NCBI GenBank assembly: GCA_023150555.1
Contig: JAKLKQ010000007.1
Coordinates: 65,253 to 129,252, forward strand
DNA length: 64,000 nt
Origin: Planctomycetota bacterium
Lineage (GTDB): Bacteria > Planctomycetota > SZUA-567 > H5-PLA8
Reading direction: 5' to 3'
The position numbers and the translations under genes were made by a program. The stretch's first letter is position 1; each line of letters opens with the position of its first letter. Below the pieces are notes generated by a model. It was not told where the DNA came from. It worked only from the letters and a program-made list of their open reading frames with translations, and did no database searches. Shown in pieces: positions 17,945-24,972 of this stretch.

Positions 17945-18367
17945 ATGAAGCGCATGTTGAGCGCAGCGGCGGCCATCGCGGTGGTCGCGGTCGTCGGGAT
18001 GGCCAGCCTCGGCGAGGAGACCTACCCGGACATAAAGATCGAGGATCTCAAGAAGGCGATGGAAGAGAAGACCGTCACCCTGATCGACTGCAACGGCACC
18101 GAGACCTACGCCAAGAGCCACCTCCCCGGCGCCAAGGACTTCAAGGCCGTCGAAAAGGATCTGGCCAAGAACCTGCCTGAAGACAAGGGCGCGCTGGTCG
18201 TCGCGTACTGCGGCAGCAGCAAGTGCACCGCCTACAAGGCCGGCGCCGACGCCGTCGCCAAGCTGGGCTACACCAACGTGAAGCACTTCTCCGCCGGGCT
18301 GAAGGGCTGGACCGACGCCGGCGAGAAGACCGAAGGCACCGGCGAGAAGACCGAAGGCAGCAAGTAA
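17945..18367 (+). CDS. rhodanese-like domain protein, secreted
   Basis: RBS aggagga-n6-ATG. There is a signal peptide, and ...LIDCNGTETYAKSHLPGA...VVAYCGSSKCTAYKAGA... carries the rhodanese active-site Cys loop. Confidence 0.8.
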   Translation: MKRMLSAAAAIAVVAVVGMASLGEETYPDIKIEDLKKAMEEKTVTLIDCNGTETYAKSHLPGAKDFKAVEKDLAKNLPEDKGALVVAYCGSSKCTAYKAGADAVAKLGYTNVKHFSAGLKGWTDAGEKTEGTGEKTEGSK

Positions 18368-18384
18368 CGCCGACCGCACCGCGC

Positions 18385-18433
18385 TTCCTTTACAGGAAGC
18401 GAAAACGCCCGCGCAAAAACGCGGGCGTTTTTC
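18385..18433 (+). terminator. tandem hairpins / rho-independent terminator after rhodanese gene
   Basis: The first hairpin is gcttcc-tttaca-ggaagc. The second is cgcccgcg-caaaaa-cgcgggcg followed by T5. The stem sequence is nearly identical to the 14541 terminator. Confidence 0.8.
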
Positions 18434-18442
18434 TATGGGTTC

Positions 18443-18466
18443 AGGATTCCGGGATCAGGATTCAGG
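18443..18466. repeat. short dispersed repeat family, copy 3 (caggattccgggatcaggattcagg)
   Basis: See copy 1. Confidence 0.6.
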
Positions 18467-18527
18467 TGCGGACCGGCTTCGCCGCCCTCCTTGAAAGGGC
18501 TCCGCCGCAGGCGCTCCATCCCTGCCT

Positions 18528-18545
18528 CCTGAATCCCGATTCCTG
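18528..18545. repeat. short dispersed repeat family, copy 4 (cctgaatcccgattcctg)
   Basis: See copy 1. Confidence 0.6.
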
Positions 18546-18556
18546 TTTCCTCACTT

Positions 18557-19456
18557 TCACCGCGCCGCGTTCTCCTGCTGTTCGCGGAAGAGCGTCGGCG
18601 AGGCGCCCTCGCGCTGCCGGAAGATCCGCGAGAAGTAATACGGGTCCTCGAAGCCCACCTCCCGCGCGATCGCCTCCACGGGCTGTTCCGTGAACGCGAG
18701 CAGTTCCTTCGCGCGCCGCAGCTGCACGCGCAGGATGTACTCCTTCACGCTGTACCCCGTCACCTGCTTGAAGCGGCGGCGCAAGGTCGAATACCCCACG
18801 TGCACGCGCGCCGCCAGGTCTTCGGGCCGCAGGCCCAGCATCGCTTCCTGTTCGACGATGCGCACGCATTGCGCGACTTCCGCGTCGGCCGGTGCGGCAT
18901 CGGCGCGCGTCTGCCCGGAGGCGATGCCGTACACCGCGACGATCAGCTGGTGCACGATCGCCGCCGCCATGGGCACGGACAGCGGCCCGCCGCCGATGAA
19001 GGCGTCCTGGATGCGCGTGAAGCAGTCGGCGATCTCCGCGTCCTCGCCGACGTGGATCACCGGCTTCGACGGCGCCAGAAAACCCTGGCGCTCGAAGGTC
19101 TCCGCCACGCGCCCGCCGAAAACGACCCACTGTTCGGCCCAGGTGCCGTCTTCCGGCGAGTAGCTGTGCGGGACGGTGGGGAAGACCCAGATCAGGTCGC
19201 CGGGCTTGATCGTGCGGCGGCCCGTCAGCGCGCATTCGAAGTAGCCGCGTCCCTTCGAGATCAGCACCGCGGCGTACGCGCCCAGCACGCGGTCGCGCAT
19301 CCCGTGCGGCTTCGTCGCGCTGCTGAAGCCCACGCCGCGCACCCACAGGCCCAGGTCCTCGTGCGCCGCGCTGGGGACCTCGTAGCGCGCCTGGCGGACT
19401 TGCAGCGCCGGTTTCTCCTGCGGCTGGGGCTCGGCGGCGGGGGGCTTGCGGGCCAC
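18557..19456 (-). CDS. AraC-family transcriptional regulator
   Basis: An N-terminal cupin-like sensing domain is followed by a C-terminal HTH ...EDLAARVHVGYSTLRRRFKQVTGYSVKEYILRVQLRRAKELL...EAIAREVGFEDPYYFSRIFRQ. Confidence 0.85.
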   Translation of the reverse strand: MARKPPAAEPQPQEKPALQVRQARYEVPSAAHEDLGLWVRGVGFSSATKPHGMRDRVLGAYAAVLISKGRGYFECALTGRRTIKPGDLIWVFPTVPHSYSPEDGTWAEQWVVFGGRVAETFERQGFLAPSKPVIHVGEDAEIADCFTRIQDAFIGGGPLSVPMAAAIVHQLIVAVYGIASGQTRADAAPADAEVAQCVRIVEQEAMLGLRPEDLAARVHVGYSTLRRRFKQVTGYSVKEYILRVQLRRAKELLAFTEQPVEAIAREVGFEDPYYFSRIFRQREGASPTLFREQQENAAR

Positions 19457-19647
19457 GGCGGGGTCCTCCCAGGGGGCTATTCGAGCAAAAAGTCCTGTTT
19501 CTTAGAGCACCCGGTCCATTTGCCCCAGGCTTTATTGGGGTATTTATCCTATCCAACGAGGGCGGAAAGCAAGAGGGAAGGTCATTTCCTCCAGGCCGCC
19601 CCAGGAACGGACCCCAAAGCCGCCGAACGCATAAAAGGAGCAAGCCC

Positions 19648-20565
19648 ATGCCCGCCGCCGCCCAGTCCCAGACCTTCGCGATGGACCAGTACGAGATGGC
19701 CATGGACAGCAAGTACCTGGGCCGCCTGCGCGACTGCAACGCGCTGCTGAACGACGTCGAAGCCCTGCGCGCGCGCATGGCCGAGGACGGCTACCTGCTG
19801 ATCCGCGGGCTGCACGCGCGCGAGAAGGTCGCCGCCGCGCGCGCCGCGATCATCGAGAACCTCCGCGCCAACAACCAGATCGACGAGAACTTCCCGCTGC
19901 AGGACGCGGTGGTGAAGGAAGGCGCCAATGGCGGCTTCCTGGGCGGGCGCGAGGAGATCGCCGGCAACCGCGCGTTCCTGGACGTGGTGGAATCGCCCGC
20001 GATCATGGGCTTCTTCGACCGCTTCCTCGGCAAGCCGTCGTTGACCTACGACTACAAGTGGGTCCGCGCGGTCAAGCCCGGCGGCAACACCGGCGCGCAC
20101 TACGACGTCGTGTACATGGGCCGCGGCACCAAGAACCTCTACACCTGCTGGACGCCGCTGGGCGACATCCCGATGACCCACGGCACGCTGGCCGTGCTGG
20201 TGGGCAGCCACAACCTGCCGGCGTACAAGAAGATTCAGGAGACGTACGGGCAGAGCGACGTCGACCGCGACCACACGCAGGGCTGGCTGACGCGCAACCC
20301 CATCGAGATGGTCGACGCCTACGGCGGGCAGTGGCAGACCACCGACTTCGCCATGGGCGACGTGATCGTCTTCGGAATGTTCACGATGCACGGTTCGCTG
20401 AACAACACCACCAACCGCTACCGCATCAGCTGCGACACGCGCTACCAGCCCGCCGACGAGCCCACCGACGAACGCTGGGTCGGCAAGAAGCCCAAGGCCC
20501 ACTACGCCTGGCACAAGAAAGAGCTGATCCCCGTGGAGGTCAGCCGCAAGGAGTGGGGAATCTGA
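19648..20565 (+). CDS. phytanoyl-CoA dioxygenase (PhyH) family Fe(II)/2-oxoglutarate oxygenase
   Basis: RBS aaaaggagc. The HxD...H pattern is present (GAHYDVVY ... FTMHGSLNN) in PhyH-like context. Confidence 0.75.
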   Translation: MPAAAQSQTFAMDQYEMAMDSKYLGRLRDCNALLNDVEALRARMAEDGYLLIRGLHAREKVAAARAAIIENLRANNQIDENFPLQDAVVKEGANGGFLGGREEIAGNRAFLDVVESPAIMGFFDRFLGKPSLTYDYKWVRAVKPGGNTGAHYDVVYMGRGTKNLYTCWTPLGDIPMTHGTLAVLVGSHNLPAYKKIQETYGQSDVDRDHTQGWLTRNPIEMVDAYGGQWQTTDFAMGDVIVFGMFTMHGSLNNTTNRYRISCDTRYQPADEPTDERWVGKKPKAHYAWHKKELIPVEVSRKEWGI

Positions 20566-20567
20566 GC

Positions 20568-20596
20568 GATTGCGGATTGCGGATTGCGGATTGCGG
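20568..20596. repeat. heptamer tandem repeat (gattgcg)x4
   Basis: gattgcggattgcggattgcggattgcgg lies immediately after the PhyH stop codon. Confidence 0.8.
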
Positions 20597-20668
20597 AGAA
20601 CACGGAGAGCGCAGAGGAAATATATTAGACTCCCTTAGACTTGAGCAAGCCCGATTCAGCAGTTCTCT

Positions 20669-20694
20669 GCGGCCTCAGCGCTCTCTGCGGTTAA
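20669..20694. repeat. 26-nt dispersed repeat copy B (inverted relative to 16830..16855)
   Basis: gcggcctcagcgctctctgcggttaa. A partial direct copy ggagagcgcagagg at 20608..20621 forms a local inverted pair with it. Confidence 0.7.
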
Positions 20695-20718
20695 CTCCGG
20701 ATATCGGAAAGCGTTGCG

Positions 20719-21672
20719 TCAGTTATTTATCTTACAGGTCTGGCAGGGCTTGAGGTTCTCGAACTGCTTGTTGAGATATTCGCGGCGCAGCTTCGTCGCC
20801 CACGGACCGTTCCAGATCTCGTAGACCGACTGCTCGTGGACGTTGCCGAGTTTCACCTCGCGCATGTAATCCACGCAGCAGATCACCGCCTGCCCTTCCC
20901 ACGTCAGCACCATGGTGTGAAAGGGGCGGCGGCAGGTCACATTAGGCTTCATGTCGCCCTGGTCGGCGGCGAGCGTCGACTCCTTCCCCATGTCCAGCTG
21001 GTCGCCGCGGTTGTCCATGTCCAGCGTCAGGAAGCGGAAGCCTTCGCCCTTCTCCCACTTCTCGCGCATCTGCTGGATCTCCGGCGCAACGCGGCGCGTC
21101 TTGACGACCTTCACCGCCACGTCGAGGTTTTTGCGGATGTCCGGGTGCGCGCGCAGGTAGTCGGTGAAGACCTGCAGGCTCTTCATGCTGCGCTCGAAGG
21201 GCAGCTTCATCAGATCTTCGTAGACTTCCTTCGTGTAGCCGTTGATCGAGAGGAAGACCTCGTTGACCACCCCTGAACCGATCAGTTCCTCGACCTTCTG
21301 CTGCGTGAAGAGCGACCCGTTGGTGGTCAGGTTGCGCTTGGCTTCGGGGCAGTGCTTGCGCAGGGCTTCGAACTTTTCCGTGATCGAGCCGTCCATCAGG
21401 GGCTCGTTGTCGAGCGCCAGGATGAAGCGTTCGACCCCACGGCCCGCGCATTCCTTGGCGATCTTCTCGAACGTCGCCGTGGTCATGCGCCCGCGCGGCA
21501 GGTCGTCCTTCAATTGCGGGTACTGGCAGAAGACGCAGCCGGCATTGCAGCCGAACTGCGTCTCGATCAGAACGGTCTTGGGGAAGTCCGGCACGGGTTT
21601 GCGGAAGATCCGGTTGCGGACCTTCTCCAGCACGTTCGTCTCTTCGCCGGGGTAGTAGTACCAGCGCGCCAA
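20719..21672 (-). CDS. radical SAM enzyme with C-terminal SPASM/twitch-like Cys cluster
   Basis: The motif CNAGCVFC is CxxxCxxC. The C-terminus has C...CC...CxxC (CRRPF...ICCVD...CQTCK). Confidence 0.85.
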   Translation of the reverse strand: MARWYYYPGEETNVLEKVRNRIFRKPVPDFPKTVLIETQFGCNAGCVFCQYPQLKDDLPRGRMTTATFEKIAKECAGRGVERFILALDNEPLMDGSITEKFEALRKHCPEAKRNLTTNGSLFTQQKVEELIGSGVVNEVFLSINGYTKEVYEDLMKLPFERSMKSLQVFTDYLRAHPDIRKNLDVAVKVVKTRRVAPEIQQMREKWEKGEGFRFLTLDMDNRGDQLDMGKESTLAADQGDMKPNVTCRRPFHTMVLTWEGQAVICCVDYMREVKLGNVHEQSVYEIWNGPWATKLRREYLNKQFENLKPCQTCKINN

Positions 21673-21827
21673 GGCCGCTCTCCGATTGCGTTTACGAGGC
21701 CATGATTGTTACCGGTCCGTTCCGATTAGACAACCGGAAAGAAAGCCCCTTCACTCCTCTTTCGGCCGGTTTGACCCGCGCCTGTAACCCTTTTACCCAC
21801 TTGAGGTAAAGAAATCGGCGCGCGCCG

Positions 21828-22349
21828 CTATTTCAGGCCCTCGGCGGCCCGCAGGCCCGCTGGCGTAAGTTCGAAGAAGCACTCCATAAGAAGGTGCGGG
21901 GGCGGCGGGTCGTGCGGGTCGCGCCCGTTGCCCAGGGCCTCGACGCGCACCCAGCCCTTGCGCAGCAGAGCGTCGAAGCCGTCGCGCAGCGCCTGCATGT
22001 TGCGCGCGCCTTCGAGCATGGTCAGGTTCGCGAGCGCGAAAGCGTAGCCCACCCGCGCACGCACGCCGATGGTGTGATGCAGAAAACCCGCCGCGCGCAG
22101 CAGGTGCGACGCGCGACGCTCTCCCGTCCACGCGCCGGCCGCGCGGCCGCTCGTGACGACGCCCGCCAGTTGCTTGCGCTGGGCCTCGCTGAGCTTCTGG
22201 CCGTCGAGGAAGCTCAGGCCGCGGATCAGGGTCTCGACGATCTCGCCGGCCGGCTGCGCGCCGGACCATTCGTGAAAGCCCTCTTTCTTGCCCTTCTTTT
22301 TGCCGCCGCCATCCCCTTCCCCGCCGCCCTTCTTCCGAGTCTTCGCCAT
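21828..22349 (-). CDS. hypothetical protein with Lys/Gly-rich N-terminus
   Basis: The start MAKTRKKGGGEGDGGGKKKGKK is at 22349, with a ggagaa RBS about 12 nt upstream. The other frames here are Arg-rich artefacts. Confidence 0.4.
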   Translation of the reverse strand: MAKTRKKGGGEGDGGGKKKGKKEGFHEWSGAQPAGEIVETLIRGLSFLDGQKLSEAQRKQLAGVVTSGRAAGAWTGERRASHLLRAAGFLHHTIGVRARVGYAFALANLTMLEGARNMQALRDGFDALLRKGWVRVEALGNGRDPHDPPPPHLLMECFFELTPAGLRAAEGLK

Positions 22350-22375
22350 GAACGGTTCGATTCTCCATTTCCCGC

Positions 22376-24826
22376 TTACTTGTCCTCGCCCGGCTTGAAG
22401 CCGGCCTGGCGCACGGCCGAGGCCAACGCCGCACGATCCGCCTTCGCCGAGTCGTAGCGCACCGTCGCCTGGCCCGACTTGAGTTGCACCTGCGCCTGCG
22501 CCACGCCCGGCACGTCCTGCAGCGCTTTCGTCACGGTTTTCACGCAATGTTCGCAGTTCATCCCGTCGACCGGGAACGTCACCGACGCGAGTTCGCTCGG
22601 CTCGGCGGGCGTTTGGGTTTCGGCGTGCGTACGCTTGCCGCGCAGCCGCAGCGCGTTGCCGACGACCGAAACGGAACTCAACGACATCGCTCCGGCCGCC
22701 CACATCGGGTTGAGCAGTCCCAGCGCCGCCGGCGGCACGGCGATCAGATTGTACCCGAAGGCCCAGCCGAGGTTCTGCAGGATCACGCGGCGCGCGGCGC
22801 GCGCGATGCGCACGGCCTCCAGCACCTGCGCGATGTCGGGGCGCTTGAGCGTGATGTCCGCGGCCTGCATCGCGATGGCCGTGCCCGAGCCCACCGCGAA
22901 GCCGACGGTTGCCGAGGCCAGCGCCGACGCGTCGTTGATGCCGTCGCCCACGAAGCCCACGCGGCGGCCGTCCTTGAGGAATCGCTCGACTAGGTCGCGC
23001 TTCTGCTCGGGCTGCATCCCGGCGTGCACGCGCTCGGCGGGGATCCCGACGTCCTGTGCGATCTTCTTCGCAGCGCTTTCCCGGTCGCCCGTGACCATGT
23101 GGACCTCGATACTCGAGGCTCCCAGCGCGGCAACAGCTTCCTTCGCGCCGGGACGCAGCGTATCGGCAATGCCCAGCGCCAGCGCGGGCTTCCCGTCGAA
23201 CGCGGCCACAACCACCGAATGCCCGGGCGGAATCTCGAGGTCCTTGGGAAGCCCGTCCCAGCCTTCGGCCACCTCCTTAATAAAGGAGGCGCTGCCGGCG
23301 GCCACGTCCACGCCGCCGGCCTGCGCGCGAATGCCGCGCCCGGCATGGGAGCTGAAGTTCGCCGCCTCGAGTTTCCTCGCGCCGAGCGCCTGCGCTTCGG
23401 CCCAGCGCACGACCGCCTTCGCGACGGGGTGTTCGCTGAGGCGCTCGGCAGCGGCCAGCTGCGCGATGCGTTCGTCCGAAAGCTCCGCGCCGTTCAGCGC
23501 ACGCTGCCACGCGACCGACAGCTTGCCCTCGGTCAGCGTGCCGGTCTTGTCGCACAGCAGCACGTCGATCTGCCCGGCGCGCTCCAGGGCCGCGGCGTTG
23601 CCGACCAGGATACCCTCGCGCGCGGCGCGCCCGCTGACAACCATCACGACGGTCGGCGTCGCCAAGCCAAGCGCACAGGGGCACGCGATCAGCAGCACCG
23701 CCAGCGCCGGGAAAACCGCCTCGCCCAGCGTGTGGCCCGTGGCCAGCCACCCGCCGAAAGTCGCCGCCGCGGCCAGCAGCACGCACGGCACGAATACGGC
23801 GCTGATTTTGTCGGCCAAGCGCTGGGCGTCGGCCTTGGTCCCGATCGCGCGTTCGACGGCGGCGACGGTCTGCGCAAGCGACGATTTGGCGCCGACCCGC
23901 GTGGCGCGGAAGACGAGCGAACCCTCGACCACCGTGGCGCCCGCGGCGATCTCGTCGCCCTTGCTGCGCCGCACGGTCAGGGGCTCGCCGGTGATCACCG
24001 ACTCGTCCAGCGACGCGGACCCTTCGGTCACCCGGCCGTCCACCGGCACGGCGTCGCCGGGCCGCAGCCGGATTTCGTCGCCTTCCTGCAATTCAGCAAC
24101 CGGCACGGAGCGCTCCTCGCCGTTTCGGCGCACGCTGGCGTGCTCGGGCGTGAGTTTCAACAGGCTGCGCACGGCGTCGCCGGCGGCGAAGCGCGCGCGC
24201 TCTTCGAGAAAGCGCCCCATCAACACCAGCGTGGCAATCACCGCGGCGGACTCGAAGTAGACCGGCACGTCCATGTGGTGCGCGGGCGCGGCCATGCCGC
24301 CCGAGAGATACGGCAGGGCCGTTGACATGCTGTAGGCCCAGGCCGCGCCGGCGCCCAGCGCGACGAGCGTGTCCATGTTGGTCTCGAGGCGCAGGGCCAG
24401 CCGCACTGCTCGCACAAAGAAACCTCGGCCCGGCCACGCCAACAACACGGTGGTTAAGAGCGCGCTGAAGCCCAGCGCGGTGGCCATGTCCCCGAACGGC
24501 ACGCCGAACATGCCCTGCACGAAGACTGGCACGCCGAGAATCGCGGCGATGACGAAGCGGTTGCGCGCCGCGCGCAGGGCCTCACGCTCGCCGGCTTCGC
24601 GGTCGGCGGCCCGCTCGCCCGGTTCCGCCAGTTCGTAGCCGCTGGCCTTGACCGCCGAGGCTAGGTCTTCGAAGGAAGCGTCGCCCTCGACCGAGGCACT
24701 CTTCGCTGCGAAATTCACCTCGGCTTCGGTGACCCCGGGGACCTTTTGCAGCGCGGCTTCGACCCGCGCCGCGCAACTTGCGCAGGTCATTCCACGAACG
24801 GGGTAGGACTTGGCTTCGGCGGCCAT
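22376..24826 (-). CDS. copA: copper-translocating P1B-type ATPase with N- and C-terminal HMA domains
   Basis: N-terminal HMA is GMTCASCAARVE. The CPC motif is ACPCALGLATP. The signatures DKTGTLT and GDGINDAPAL-like (GDGINDASALA) are present. The C-terminal HMA is VDGMNCEHCVKTV. Confidence 0.93.
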   Translation of the reverse strand: MAAEAKSYPVRGMTCASCAARVEAALQKVPGVTEAEVNFAAKSASVEGDASFEDLASAVKASGYELAEPGERAADREAGEREALRAARNRFVIAAILGVPVFVQGMFGVPFGDMATALGFSALLTTVLLAWPGRGFFVRAVRLALRLETNMDTLVALGAGAAWAYSMSTALPYLSGGMAAPAHHMDVPVYFESAAVIATLVLMGRFLEERARFAAGDAVRSLLKLTPEHASVRRNGEERSVPVAELQEGDEIRLRPGDAVPVDGRVTEGSASLDESVITGEPLTVRRSKGDEIAAGATVVEGSLVFRATRVGAKSSLAQTVAAVERAIGTKADAQRLADKISAVFVPCVLLAAAATFGGWLATGHTLGEAVFPALAVLLIACPCALGLATPTVVMVVSGRAAREGILVGNAAALERAGQIDVLLCDKTGTLTEGKLSVAWQRALNGAELSDERIAQLAAAERLSEHPVAKAVVRWAEAQALGARKLEAANFSSHAGRGIRAQAGGVDVAAGSASFIKEVAEGWDGLPKDLEIPPGHSVVVAAFDGKPALALGIADTLRPGAKEAVAALGASSIEVHMVTGDRESAAKKIAQDVGIPAERVHAGMQPEQKRDLVERFLKDGRRVGFVGDGINDASALASATVGFAVGSGTAIAMQAADITLKRPDIAQVLEAVRIARAARRVILQNLGWAFGYNLIAVPPAALGLLNPMWAAGAMSLSSVSVVGNALRLRGKRTHAETQTPAEPSELASVTFPVDGMNCEHCVKTVTKALQDVPGVAQAQVQLKSGQATVRYDSAKADRAALASAVRQAGFKPGEDK

Positions 24827-24972
24827 CGGGGCTCCTCTGATGTACTGCCTCCTTGATTATACCGCTTTGAATCGCCAACGATATGCCGGACGGCCCGATT
24901 GACCGCAGCCGAGAAATCGCGTAAAAACCATGAACCGCGTCTATAGCACAACATGAATAAGGAATCGCTATC

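Noticed and set aside
21793-22434. 213-aa minus ORF and 21894..22457 + ORF
   Set aside because: Both are Arg-rich frames overlapping the better-looking 21828..22349 frame, which has a Lys/Gly N-terminus, plausible RBS and balanced composition.
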